Notes: generated from the sequence alone by a model not told the origin. 60,710 nucleotides of DNA, filler included, from Globobulimina sp. (GCA_003354225.1; 17 parts of 17 records of this genome joined end to end with filler, not necessarily neighbours in it), one strand, 5' to 3'. Shown: positions 10,743 through 22,512, numbered from the whole stretch's first letter. Made by a program: numbers and translations.

Positions 10743-11327
10743 CGCACTGTGAAGGAGCGGTTTTGCTATACGTCGCCGGACATTGTCAAGGAATATTTGA
10801 AGTATGATGCGGATCCCTCTCGCTTCCAAACCTACGAAGGGAAGCATCCCAAAACCGGCAGGCCGTATAAGATCGATGTGGGCTATGAGCGGTTTTTGGG
10901 GCCAGAGTTATTTTTCAATCCGGAAATTTATGGCACGCAGAATGTGACGCCTTTGCCGCAATTAATTGATGAGTGTATACAAAACTGTCCCATTGATACT
11001 CGGCGGCAGTTGTACAGAAATGTGGTGCTATCGGGCGGCTCTACGATGTTTAAGGATTTTGCGAGGAGGTTGCAAAGGGACATACAGCGGTTTTGTAAGA
11101 AGCGGCATGAGGAGCAACAGAAGCGATTGTTGGCGACATCGACGATTAAGTTGCAAGAGACGGAGGTCAAAGTCATACAACATAGGATGCAAAGGTTTGC
11201 GGTGTGGTTTGGAGGCTCGATGCTCGGCTCATTGCCGCAATTTTATCAAATGGCGCATTCGAAGCAGGAATATGAAGAAGTGGGGCCCTCGGTGGCTAGG
11301 CCGAATCCGGTCTTTTCGGGAATTTGA
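10743..11327 (+). CDS. ARP3: Actin-related protein 3, C-terminal part
   Basis: DVGYERFLGPELFFNPE, CPIDTRRQLYRNVVLSGGSTMFKDFARRLQRD, HRMQRFAVWFGGS and NPVF. Confidence 0.95.
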   Translation, partial: RTVKERFCYTSPDIVKEYLKYDADPSRFQTYEGKHPKTGRPYKIDVGYERFLGPELFFNPEIYGTQNVTPLPQLIDECIQNCPIDTRRQLYRNVVLSGGSTMFKDFARRLQRDIQRFCKKRHEEQQKRLLATSTIKLQETEVKVIQHRMQRFAVWFGGSMLGSLPQFYQMAHSKQEYEEVGPSVARPNPVFSGI

Positions 11328-11430
11328 TCACTTGTAAAAACATAAAATAATAACTTTTTTTTTTGAGATGTATAGTTGTTTTGTATTTTAAATACTAAAT
11401 TGCATAATTGTAGTTCAAGTAAGTCAGAAA

Positions 11431-13002
11431 ATGTTGCTGTTACTGTCATATTTGTTACTGTTGGATGAGATCCACTGTGAATCGTTGCCTAATTTCCTCA
11501 TCTTATTTGTGGATGATTTGGGTTACGGTGACTTGGGGTTTACGGGACATCCGACAATTTCAACGCCAAATATTGACAGACTGGCATATGATGGCATGAT
11601 ATTAACGCAATGGTATTCGGGAGGAGCTGTTTGTTCTCCGTCAAGAGCCGCAATGTTAACCGGAAGATTAACAGTTCGCAGTGGGTGCCACGGCGGATGG
11701 ACAGGCGGCGTATTTGCTGCTGATGCAATTGGCGGATTGCCATTGAACGAGACTACTTTTGCTGAAATATTAAAGCAGAAAGGATATAACACAAAGATGA
11801 TTGGAAAATGGCACTTAGGACAAAGAGAAGAATATTTACCTACAAACCGCGGATTTGATGAATATTTTGGTATTCCTTATTCTGTCGACGAGGGATCCAC
11901 TCTTTGGGACTTGCAATTGAAATGGCCGCCGCTGCCATTATTATGCAACACGACAATCATCCAACAACCGGCAGATTTGAGTACGCTGAGCGACAGATAC
12001 AGCGAAGAAGCTGTTAGTTTCATTAAATATAATTCAAACAATCAGAATGCGAATCCGTGGCTGTTATATATGTCCTTTTCTCACGTCCATGTTCCAGAGT
12101 ATGTTTCCAAGGAATTCTGTGCAAATTACAGTGGGAATGCAAATTATTCATCGTCGCTTCGTGGCAGATTTGGTGATGTGATGAATGAAATGGATAAGAC
12201 GGTGCAGCAAATCATGAACGCAGTCAATCAGTATGGATTTGCAAATAACACATTGACATTTTTTACGTCTGACAATGGGCCGTGGAAAATTTATCGAACA
12301 GCAGCAGGGAGTTCGGGTTTGTTTAGTTTCGGGAAAACGACTACGTGGGAAGGCGGGATAAGAATGCCTGGATTTGTAAATTGGCCAACGATGATTGCGC
12401 CATTTCAAAGGTCGATGGAATTGGTTACCACCTACGATATATTTATGACAATGGTTGCTTTGTCGAACTCTTCTCAGTTTTTAGCAAATGATTCACGGAT
12501 TTATGATGGAAAAGATATGACACAAATTATATTAAATAATGGCAAATCGCTGCATGAATGTTTGTATTTTTACTTAGGAACTCCGAATGCAGCAAATTGT
12601 CCATTTTATAATACAAACAATGGGTTAGGCCAAGGATTAGCATCAATTCGCTGTGGAAGTTTTAAAATACATTATTTTGCAAGGAATAACAATGAATCTT
12701 ATTCTGTTTATGAGCCTCCATTGCTATTTAATGTCGATATTGACCCTTCGGAACAACATCCAATTTGGCCAAATAATAATGGATATAATGAAACTGTGCA
12801 ATATATGGATGGAATGCGGAGGAAACATCAATCTCAAATTGATTATCAAAATATAGAAAATCAAATGTTGAGAGGAAGAGATCGGAAATATGCATTATGT
12901 TGTGATGATTCACTTAATTGTTCGTGCAATAATTGGAAGCAGCAGTTTTTATGTCAACCACTATGTGCTGATATGGATACGTGCGGAAGAGAACATATAT
13001 AA
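11431..13002 (+). CDS. Arylsulfatase (ARSA/ARSG-like, secreted or lysosomal)
   Basis: Signal peptide, PNFLILFVDDLGYGD, formylglycine motif CSPSRAAMLTGR, GKWHLG, FTSDNGP and K.TTWEGGIR. Confidence 0.95.
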   Translation: MLLLLSYLLLLDEIHCESLPNFLILFVDDLGYGDLGFTGHPTISTPNIDRLAYDGMILTQWYSGGAVCSPSRAAMLTGRLTVRSGCHGGWTGGVFAADAIGGLPLNETTFAEILKQKGYNTKMIGKWHLGQREEYLPTNRGFDEYFGIPYSVDEGSTLWDLQLKWPPLPLLCNTTIIQQPADLSTLSDRYSEEAVSFIKYNSNNQNANPWLLYMSFSHVHVPEYVSKEFCANYSGNANYSSSLRGRFGDVMNEMDKTVQQIMNAVNQYGFANNTLTFFTSDNGPWKIYRTAAGSSGLFSFGKTTTWEGGIRMPGFVNWPTMIAPFQRSMELVTTYDIFMTMVALSNSSQFLANDSRIYDGKDMTQIILNNGKSLHECLYFYLGTPNAANCPFYNTNNGLGQGLASIRCGSFKIHYFARNNNESYSVYEPPLLFNVDIDPSEQHPIWPNNNGYNETVQYMDGMRRKHQSQIDYQNIENQMLRGRDRKYALCCDDSLNCSCNNWKQQFLCQPLCADMDTCGREHI

Positions 13003-13071
13003 TGCATTGACTTGATTAATCTCTCATAAATATTGTGGTTTTCACTTGAGTCGATCTAGTTAGTCGTCAGC

Positions 13072-14222
13072 ATGCTTGTGAACAGGAACAAACGTGTCAC
13101 AATAAATAATTCCCACTCAAAAAAGCCGGATGAAACTGATAAATCCGATGAGAAATCTCACAAAAGCCAACAAATCCGTAAAAATGTGATGAGAATCGGG
13201 GTGTTATTTATGATCGTCGTTATTTTGTTTTACACATCAAATAAGAATAACAATGCAAGAGTTGTGAGGCGAATTGAACCAAAACATCAGCCCTCATTAA
13301 TTATAGTAGCATCAATCAATGGTGGCACGTCCACATTTAATCGAATATTAATGCATAATTTCAAGCATTTTTTCCATGGATTTCGTGCAACGCAAGATAT
13401 GCTATATTGGAAAGCCTGTATTCCAAAAGATTTCCGTACGAAGATTGTGAGTATGCCGCGTGCGGAGAATTATAAATTTCCACAATTATTCAACATGGTA
13501 AAAGCAAAGAAAAATGCAGCCGTTACGAGCTGGGATGCCACATTCAATAATTTACAGTTTTTTGGTTGCCACGACATTGAAAATAAATATCACTGCAATT
13601 TAAAATGTACACACGATGATTATATGCAACATATCGGATTCGATGCCAATGGATATTCAAAATATAAAGATATTTTCTTTGAAAACGCTTTGAATCGAAG
13701 CTCTGATAAAATCCATTATTTTTACGATCGAAGCTCAGCATACAACTCATTGCCGCATATTCCTATGGTGTTAGCCACAAATTATCCACATTCTAAATTA
13801 TTATACATTGTACGCGACCCATTGACCCAAATTTATTCTCGTTTCCGTAACTTTGACGAAATGACGTCTTTGCAAAAAGAAAAAAAAGAGTTATTGAGCC
13901 ACGAAGCAAACAGACGATTTGAGGACTTATTGAATTTTGTGCAAAGTGAGCCGTTCTCCAAAGTATTAATTCCATTGTTATCAAAGGAAGCGACTGGCGA
14001 TGTGACAGAGGAACAGATTGAGAATGATATAATTATTTGGTATCAAACGCTATGGTTCAAAGAAAGGCGTGTCGTAAAAGGAATGTTTGTATTCCAAGAA
14101 AAACGCCTTTTCGATATCTGTCCATATGTCAACATATTGTTGTTTGTAAAAAGTGTCAGAATTGGCTTGAATTCCAATTTAAGGAATTTTCAGGTGGTGC
14201 AATTTGAGTGGGCCACAGACAG
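13072..14222 (+). CDS. Type II membrane sulfotransferase-like protein (3' partial)
   Basis: N-terminal TM helix, PSB-like IIVASINGGTSTF and 3'-PB-like KLLYIVRDPLTQIYS. Confidence 0.65.
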
Positions 14223-14323
14223 NNNNNNNNNNNNNNNNNNNNNNNNNNNNNNNNNNNNNNNNNNNNTTAATTAATTAANNNNNNNNNNNNNNNNNNNNNN
14301 NNNNNNNNNNNNNNNNNNNNNNA

Positions 14324-16540
14324 ATGGAGGCGCTGACGCTGAACTTCAAGAAGTCGGACCGGATGGTGACGGAGTCCTCGTTTGGCTGCTTTGCCAATTT
14401 GGTGCGCCACGTGCCCGACAACAAGAAGTTCGCCACTTTGCAGCACATATTGAAGTTGGTGCAGTTCAAGAATGTGAGCGTGCGCTGCTTTGGATGGCGG
14501 ATCGCGGCCATTACTTTCGAGCGCATCTTGGGTTTAAAGAAGGCGCGGCCGTCGTCGTGGTGGCAGATCGCGGAGAACATTTTGAAAACGGGCAAAAAGG
14601 AGAAGTCCAACACGGTGCAACGCGAAGCCATCCGCTTATTGTTCATCTTCCAGAACAGCAGCAAACATTACCACTACATCGAGCAATACATTCGCTTCTT
14701 CCCCGTGCCGGACAACATGGAGTCGCTGAAAAGCACGGTGGTCTCCGATATCCAGGCTCGAATGGATGAGTATGCCAACGAGGCGGCGGCGCAGGCGGAC
14801 GCCATGGATGTGTACTCGCTCATCTCCACCGAGCAGGACCCGCAGGAAGAGGCCGTCGGAGCGGATGACAAGAAAGATGATGTTGACAGTGTAGGCGGCG
14901 GCGGCCGCTTCGACTTTGTGGATGATATTATGGATGGAAAGGAGGCCAAAGCGAATGGGACCTTTGACCCGTTGGCGAACCGCGGCTTGGGGAAGAGATT
15001 GGTGCTCCACGCCATAAACCGCGACACTGTGGCCCGCGTCTACGAGCTGTACGATATCGGGCACTCTGTGGAGAACACGCGGACTTTGCTGGCGTCGCTC
15101 AAGTATTTGGGTATTAATATCGGTCGTGGCGAGCTGACGTTGTTGCTGAGCGAAATCAAAAAAATCATGGGCAGCGGCGGTGGGGGCGGCAATAATGAAT
15201 ATAATGAATTCACGCCGGACAAATATGCGTTTTTCGTCAAACACTGCTTTGCTACGCTGGACGTGGCGTGGAAGACATACTTATCGAGCTCGGATATGGA
15301 CGCCGAGATTGCGGAGTTCGCCAACATTTCCAATGTGAAAAAGGAGTTTGATTCCAAGATGGTGCTTTTCGAGGCGCTGTCGGCCAATTCGGACGCGAAC
15401 GGAGCGGGGAGCGACGTGCTTAAAAAGTGCGTGTTGTTGGCGGACATTTATAATTTGTTCGTGATGCCGGAAGTGGAGAACGACGAGATTCTTTTCGAGG
15501 AGATGATGGAGCGGCTCAATCCCGTACTTTTGCACGAATTGGCGGGAAACATGCATTCTTCCATTTTGATCCAGGAGATCTGTATAATAATTTGCCGCAT
15601 CACGCAGTATCACATCAACCGCGTGGCCGAGTTTGGGCGCGCTTATTACGACTTATTTTTCCAAATCATCGGCTATGGCTCGTCCATCGTGGCGCATTGC
15701 TGCAGCAAAACCTGTTTGGTGATCGCGTCGATGGTGCAGTTTCTCAATGTGCCGACTGCGAATGACATGACTCGGTCGCTGCTCAAATGCATGGATTTGT
15801 ATCCGCAGAATGAAGAGTTCCAATTGAAGATTTACAAGTGTTTGCTGGCCGAGATCTTAGTGAATGTGCCGTTGATTCGCGATCAGCAGATCAAGTCCGA
15901 AGTGATTGAGGTGATTTGGTCCATAATGAAGGAGAAAATCTACGCGCAAATCGCAAACGAGGCGTCGACCGAAAAGAACAAGTTGCATCGCGTGGTGTGT
16001 TTGAACATTTTGGCTTATATGCACTCGGCGAGCTATTTGAATTTGTACGACGACGAAAAGGAAAAAGAGGCCTTGAAATTGAACGAGGCGCAGTGGAACG
16101 AGGTCGAAGCGGTGAAAGAGTCCAAGAACTGGCATGACATTTTGCGGCAAGATATCGATGCCAATGAGACGGCGCCGTTTAACAATTTGGCGCTGGAGCA
16201 CGGTTGGGATAATTTGAAATATTATTCCAAGGATTTTGCGGACCGCAATTTGTTGTTGGAGCAGTGGTACGAATTGGAGGAAAAAACGAATAATCCGATC
16301 GGGATGGCGGCGGTGACGCAGTTGATTAAAGCTCTCAATTATACGCAGTACAAAGCGAAGAAGACGCAGACGGCGCATACATCGCAGACACAAACACAGA
16401 CGCAACCAATCCAAATCCAAAAGGAGCCAGAAATAATACCAGTTAAAATTCACAATGCGACGGATGGCGGCAACGATTTGAATTCGTTGAGAGCAAAATA
16501 TTTGGAAATGCAGCGGAAACAAAATCAGCAGAAAAATTAA
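14324..16540 (+). CDS. HEAT/ARM-repeat alpha-solenoid protein (possibly TOG/CLASP-like; 5' partial)
   Basis: 738-aa ORF with GC-rich codon usage and amphipathic helical repeats (KNVSVRCF, SNTVQREAIRLL). Confidence 0.55.
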   Translation: MEALTLNFKKSDRMVTESSFGCFANLVRHVPDNKKFATLQHILKLVQFKNVSVRCFGWRIAAITFERILGLKKARPSSWWQIAENILKTGKKEKSNTVQREAIRLLFIFQNSSKHYHYIEQYIRFFPVPDNMESLKSTVVSDIQARMDEYANEAAAQADAMDVYSLISTEQDPQEEAVGADDKKDDVDSVGGGGRFDFVDDIMDGKEAKANGTFDPLANRGLGKRLVLHAINRDTVARVYELYDIGHSVENTRTLLASLKYLGINIGRGELTLLLSEIKKIMGSGGGGGNNEYNEFTPDKYAFFVKHCFATLDVAWKTYLSSSDMDAEIAEFANISNVKKEFDSKMVLFEALSANSDANGAGSDVLKKCVLLADIYNLFVMPEVENDEILFEEMMERLNPVLLHELAGNMHSSILIQEICIIICRITQYHINRVAEFGRAYYDLFFQIIGYGSSIVAHCCSKTCLVIASMVQFLNVPTANDMTRSLLKCMDLYPQNEEFQLKIYKCLLAEILVNVPLIRDQQIKSEVIEVIWSIMKEKIYAQIANEASTEKNKLHRVVCLNILAYMHSASYLNLYDDEKEKEALKLNEAQWNEVEAVKESKNWHDILRQDIDANETAPFNNLALEHGWDNLKYYSKDFADRNLLLEQWYELEEKTNNPIGMAAVTQLIKALNYTQYKAKKTQTAHTSQTQTQTQPIQIQKEPEIIPVKIHNATDGGNDLNSLRAKYLEMQRKQNQQKN

Positions 16541-16876
16541 ATTAAATAAAATGTTTAAATGTAAATTAAACTCAATTCAATTTTGCTTCTTTCTTTCTTT
16601 TTATTTATTTCTTTCCTTTTTTTGTTGTTGTAAAAAATTATAATTCAATCTTTGTAGAGTTGAAACGTAAATTAATCATTAATGTCTGCGATTATTACCT
16701 CACTTTCCACTCCAAAACTAATGAACTGAAGCAAAGAATAAAATTGCAACAAAAATAAATTGAATGCAAAATAAATGACTATCCTTGGATTCCTTGCACT
16801 CATTACTTGATTGCAGTGATTTATTAATTATTCTTATAAAACAAGAAAATAATAATAAAATATACAAAATTCTATT

Positions 16877-17344
16877 TTATATTGTGTTTAATTCAGATTC
16901 TTGCATTTTTTCTGATTCAGCTTTTTTTGCTGTCCATTTTGCTCCAAAAAAAATACCAATACCTAAAGATAATAAACCAATAACAAAAAAAGAAAATATT
17001 AATAATATATCAGCAATATTAATCGTGTCTTTATTATCAATAATATTATCATGATCACTACGCACAATATCCACCACTTCATCAGCAACATGTCCTGCAA
17101 ACGTATCACCAGAACTCCACCACTCATAAGGTCCTACTTCAACAGTAAGTGTACCCACACCGTTGTCATCCATATCTACTTTCCACGATATTTTGCCGTC
17201 TGAATTGGACGTAGTGCTATACCCGGAATTCCCTGCTGTTCCATAGGATGTCCATGTGTTGCCACCAAATGCATAACCCGCACCCATCGATTGTGATGAA
17301 AAAAAACCTCTGTAATCTTTCCATTCATGGAAAACATCGCTCAT
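16877..17344 (-). CDS. Hypothetical ORF, probably chimeric (GC-richer Gly/Ser/Trp N-half plus AT-rich transmembrane C-half)
   Basis: Base composition changes abruptly near 17065. Confidence 0.35.
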   Translation of the reverse strand: MSDVFHEWKDYRGFFSSQSMGAGYAFGGNTWTSYGTAGNSGYSTTSNSDGKISWKVDMDDNGVGTLTVEVGPYEWWSSGDTFAGHVADEVVDIVRSDHDNIIDNKDTINIADILLIFSFFVIGLLSLGIGIFFGAKWTAKKAESEKMQESELNTI

Positions 17345-17499
17345 TTTTAGATCTTAATGTTTGTATATTGTTATATTTATCTTTATGCCTAGACAAGCAA
17401 TAAAAACGTCTCCCATCTTTTTAGGGGAAAATAATTAGGGCAACTGCTAAAACGGGCGATGACCATTTTTTCAGGTATAAGGCGATTGAAGTCGCCTGT

Positions 17500-17802
17500 A
17501 CTCAAATCATATCTCCCATCAAAGGACGTATCGGCCGAAGTCTTGTTGATGAGGGAAATCTAGTGGGAGCCGGTGAAAAAACGCTTCTCACCACTATCGT
17601 CAAAAATGATCCCATATATGCCTATTTCACTGTGAGTGAGCGGGACTTTTTGCAACACCGGCAGATATTTGACCTCCAATCGTCATTGATTGACGGTAAG
17701 CTTCCTGTATTTCTTGGGCTTTCCGGAGAAACCGCGTATCCGTTCCCCGGCCATATCGATTATATGGACAATCGGGTGGACAGGGAAACCGGAACGATCT
17801 CT
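17500..17802 (+). CDS. RND efflux periplasmic adaptor (MFP, AcrA/MexE-like), internal bacterial fragment
   Basis: TQIISPIKGRIGRSLVDEGNLVG...LTTIV...DPIYAYFTVSE...GHIDYMDNRVDRETGTI. Confidence 0.9.
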
Positions 17803-17942
17803 NNNNNNNNNNNNNNNNNNNNNNNNNNNNNNNNNNNNNNNNNNNNTTAATTAATTAANNNNNNNNNNNNNNNNNNNNNNNNNNNNNNNNNNNNNNNNNN
17901 NNGTGTTGGATGATATGAATTTGGATAAAGCCAATGAGCACT

Positions 17943-18146
17943 GCCAACAAATAATGGCTGGCCATTTTGTGAAAGTGGAGCGGAAATATGGATTAACGTT
18001 GGAAGATGCAAAAAAAGCAGTTCGTATATTAAATGGACAGGAAAACAGAGTCAATGCAGAGTCAGAGGCAACAGATTCGAATTCGTCAACCGCTGCCATG
18101 CCATAATGAGCTTCTTCTTAGAACTCCACAGTTTTTTCTGTTTATT
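17943..18146 (+). repeat. Copy 1 of a diverged inverted duplication (3' end of a gene plus UTR)
   Basis: Matches the reverse complement of 21186-21381 with several substitutions and an indel near the stop. Confidence 0.9.
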
Positions 18147-18191
18147 GCAAACAAACGTTTCTGTACAGTTTTTTTTTTTATTTTGTTGACA

Positions 18192-18932
18192 ATGGAGTCT
18201 GTAATCACAAAAAAAGAGCACGAGATCGTAACAGGTTACATTCGAAGATTATCATCGTGTATTCCCACCGTTATTATTGACATTTGTTTATCCTTTTACA
18301 AGCATGAAGAATATTTTTATATGGTTGGCCATCATATTGGAGTCGCTTCAAAAAATGGAAGATTTATCAGTAACAAAACATCAAATCCAAACTCTGCATA
18401 CGGAGCAACAATGATAAATCTCGCAGTTGATACCCATTCAATATTTAAATGGATATTAAAAATAAATTATGTGAATATAGAAATGCATGCAGTTGACTGG
18501 GGCAATCAAATGGGTCCAGTGCATGCAAGATTTAATATTGGCATTGATTCAAAAATGAATAAAGAAAAATGGACTGACGGCAGTTTCTATCAAATGTATA
18601 TGGATAACGAATATGAACACTTATCAGATCCAAATTATTCACTGAGAGAGGACAGTTCATACAGTCATTATATTGGTGGTGGGAGCAGCCGGTGGAGCCA
18701 TTTTAAATGGAAGGAAGCAGTAAAAGATAATGATATTATTACAATGGTGTTGAATACAAAAAATAAAACAATTATGTATTATAAGAATTGTCAACCTACA
18801 AATAAAAATAAGGTTGATTTCAAGGATTTGACTGTTGAATTTAATGGAAAACAATGCGAATACCATTTTGCAGTGCAAGTGCAACTTGCATCTGTTGAAA
18901 TAATTAAATTTGAGCATCAATATATTGCATAA
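18192..18932 (+). CDS. SPRY/B30.2-like domain protein
   Basis: IVTGYIR...IPTVIIDICLSFY N-terminal motif, WILKI, IGID, DIITMVLNTKNKTIMYYKN and YHFAV. Confidence 0.7.
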   Translation: MESVITKKEHEIVTGYIRRLSSCIPTVIIDICLSFYKHEEYFYMVGHHIGVASKNGRFISNKTSNPNSAYGATMINLAVDTHSIFKWILKINYVNIEMHAVDWGNQMGPVHARFNIGIDSKMNKEKWTDGSFYQMYMDNEYEHLSDPNYSLREDSSYSHYIGGGSSRWSHFKWKEAVKDNDIITMVLNTKNKTIMYYKNCQPTNKNKVDFKDLTVEFNGKQCEYHFAVQVQLASVEIIKFEHQYIA

Positions 18933-18981
18933 GGGTCTAACTTTGAGCATATCTTGGTTGCACACAAAAACTCTTTAAACC

Positions 18982-20925
18982 ATGGTTCCTTTCTGCTTCA
19001 TGATCGTTTGTTATATTTTACTCATTCATACAGTGACGGCAGAACAGAATACCGATTGTCAAAACCATTGGCTCCATATAAACGCAACTTGCACTAACAA
19101 TGACAATTATTATTCACCAACCATAGCAATACAAACCCTCTCTGGTTACGACACCAGTAATTTCCACTCCTACTCCAAAATATCACTATCAATTCGTGCA
19201 AACCACGATGTAATCATAACACCGCATTGTATCTCCATGGATATCGACATCAACCCCACCATTATCAATTACTTATCGCATCAATGGCTACTAAACAAAG
19301 TAGAATGGCCATCATATCACTCACAAGGTGAGATTATAACATTCAGTGCAACTAAAACAGAATCACAATATATAACCTTCAGCCGAGCCTGCATACTGTC
19401 ACCAAACACCAGCAATGGCTTAATTTTGTTATTCAATACAAACTTCGATGCCTACACTGTAGAAACGCATGGCACACAGAATTGTGACCGACAAAATGGC
19501 ATCACAATGTATGATAAGCTATACAATGATTATGATATAAACGACGAAAATAAAAACTGTTTCCCAATGCAATCTGAAAATCGATGGAATTTAAATCTGC
19601 TCAATGCCACCAGTTAAGTAACAAAAAAAAACTGTGTTAAGCTAAACGCCATCCTTGCTTCACACTGAAATGTGTACGGATAAACCTAGAAAATGACGAA
19701 CCTGCACTCTATGCAAGCGAACGCAAAGCGCAAAATGCGCCCAGTAGTTTAGTGATCGCATTGATTGTAATCATAGTGATTGTGAACATTGCTAGTTGTG
19801 GCCTTTTATGGTATTTCAATCAGAAACAATTGAATAAAAACATCAAAGAAATGACGAGAAATCTACAAGGCATTGCGCTGGAAAACGAAGAGCATGAAAA
19901 TTCAAATTCCAATGAGAGCAATATGCGCAAAACAAAGGACCATACCACCACTGTCATCTCCTCCTTATCTGAAACCAAATACATTGCCTCCATCCACAAT
20001 GACAAAAAACGCATTGAAGACAACAATAATATTTTACCGGTGCTGGCCGCCCACGACACGACTAACCACACCGCGCACACAAACACCACGCACACCAACA
20101 ACACCAATAATACCATCATTTGGGTGAATAAAAGTTACTTTGATTCCAGCAACATGGACGAAGACAATTTGTTCAGTAACATGAGCGACGACAACACCGT
20201 CATTGTGAATGATGCGGAGCGCCCTCAACATGATGAGGAGGAGGAGGATGATCACAATTTGGATGATATTGACATTGACATTGCCATTGCGCATTGTGTG
20301 CAAAATGAAAATGCAAATCAATCCAAATTGAATAAGTTGCGCATATTGCTGCCAGTAAAAGGCAGCAAATCGCATAGTTATACTTATAACATGAATGCAA
20401 ACGGAACGATGCGTTCGCCCTCAAATACCGCCACCACCTTAACTGCCATTCCTTTCTCCGACGACGATTGGAAGACTCCCGAAACATTGACGACTACTTT
20501 AGGTACAATGTATGATTCAATTTGAACGACAGTGGGTTGTATACACTTGTTTGTATAAAGGGAATACGCCGCATTTGCTGTATATTATGGATGAGATCAA
20601 CGAGAATGAGGAGACGCCGATTGTTAAACCGTCGTTGCAGTTTGGTTTCCGGTCCAATGAGTCTGCGAAATCGAGCATTTCCGTGGCTTCTTCGATCCGT
20701 TTACCGGCGTATCATCCGAATAAAATCAAGATTATGAATGATAACCAACACATTCCATATAACAAACAATTTATCATTGCGGTGACGCCGCCCATTATGC
20801 CCAATAATAAACCGTCGTTACACGCCATTGGGTTCAGTTCGAATAATTCGAGTACTTCCAACAAATCTGGAAACTCGTTGGCATTGCCGGTGACTACGAG
20901 ACATCCAACAAATGTCCATAAGTAA
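18982..20925 (+). CDS. Type I membrane protein (introns 19613-19689 and 20503-20560)
   Basis: Signal peptide, Cys-containing ectodomain, TM LVIALIVIIVIVNIASCGLLWYF and a low-complexity tail. Both GT-AG introns restore the frame across three tracked ORFs. Confidence 0.7.
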
Positions 20926-21185
20926 AGTGTATATTCTTTGTAATATTGTGTTTTTTTTCAATTCTTTTTTTCTTTAAACATTCAGTCTGTAATTTGTTTT
21001 ATTTTTATTTTGTTGATTTTAATTAATTCTTTTTCTTTCATAATTATTTTTTTTATTTGATTTGCCAGTAAATATACATTTATATCGCAAGCTTTAATGC
21101 AAGAATAAAACTCGCCAGAAACAAACGTTTTTGATATTATTTTGTCATATTTTTCTGGGTGGAATTTTTTAACCTTTCACAACAA

Positions 21186-21381
21186 AATAAACAGAAAAAA
21201 CTGTGGAGTTATTGCAATTTTGGAATAGCATCGGTTGACGAATTCAAATCTGTTGTCTCTGACTCTGCATTGACTCTGTTTTCCTGTCCATTTAATATAC
21301 GTACTGCTTTTTTTGCATCTTCCAACGTTAATCCATATTTCCGCTCCACTTTCACAAAATGGCCAGCCATTATTTGTTGGC
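21186..21381 (-). repeat. Copy 2 of the inverted duplication
   Basis: Reverse-complement match to 17943-18146. Confidence 0.9.
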
Positions 21382-21608
21382 NNNNNNNNNNNNNNNNNNN
21401 NNNNNNNNNNNNNNNNNNNNNNNNNTTAATTAATTAANNNNNNNNNNNNNNNNNNNNNNNNNNNNNNNNNNNNNNNNNNNNATGTTACTCAAATGTTCAA
21501 CCCACAATTTTAAAACCCCTGAGAAAGTGTCCACACTCTTTCTCGGAAAAGTTTCAAAATCTTCTCAGTGAATTACCAACATCCTTACTACGAAAACCAA
21601 GTTGAATT

Positions 21609-22512
21609 ATGGGAAACATATTCGATCCAAAGAGATTGACAAATCATAGTCAGCAGCGGCATGACAAAGACAATTTGGTCTGTACTGTTATATATATATG
21701 TACAAGCTGTGCATACTATATTTTTATTTTTTAAATGCAAATAGTTAGTAACTGTACATGTGCCGGAAAGTAGGCCAGAATGTGCAATGTTAATCAATGG
21801 ATATTTGAGAAGAACAATGGATGAATCAATAATTCCTATGGATGTCATTGATATTATTGGTATATTTCATTCATATTTGAATCTGATCGAACGAAAAGCA
21901 GCAAAAATATGTCAGAAAACATTAACTTCTCAATATTTATTGCCGAGGCCGAAAACTTATTCAATCTGTAAAACTGTCAAATATTTAATGGATGAATACA
22001 ATAAATTGGCTTATATTAAGAGTGGAAATCCTGATCCACATACAATGATTGTTAGTTTTTTATATTATCAAAGAACATCATTGGATAAACAAGCGATCGG
22101 TGCTTATTTTGCAAGCAATAATGATATGATTATGTTTAAGGAATATGTGCGTTTATTTGATTTCAAACATAAATCGATTGATATTGCAATGAGGCATTTT
22201 TTAAGCAGATGTTCGTTACCTGGCAAAGCACAGATAATTGATAGAATTATTGAATTATTTGCAGATAAATATTACGATGATTATGTGCATTGTGATGAGC
22301 ATAATTATCATAGTGATTTATGTGTGGATGATGTCTATATATTGGCATATTCCATCATATTATTAAATCCAAGTTTGCATAATCCATTAATTAAAAATCC
22401 AATGACAAAGGATCAATTTATTAGGAATAGTAAGATGGCATTATCGAGTAATGCAGCAAAAGAAATGTTAGATGGTATATATGATCGCGTTAAAGCAACA
22501 CCAATCACATAA
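21609..22512 (+). CDS. Small Sec7-domain (ARF-GEF family) protein, intron 21678-21744; catalytic Glu replaced by Lys
   Basis: LDKQAIGAYF, FDFKHKSIDIAMRHFL, LPGKAQIIDRIIELFA, YILAYSIILLNPSLHNP and MTKDQFIRN. Spliced N-terminus MGNIF. Confidence 0.85.
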
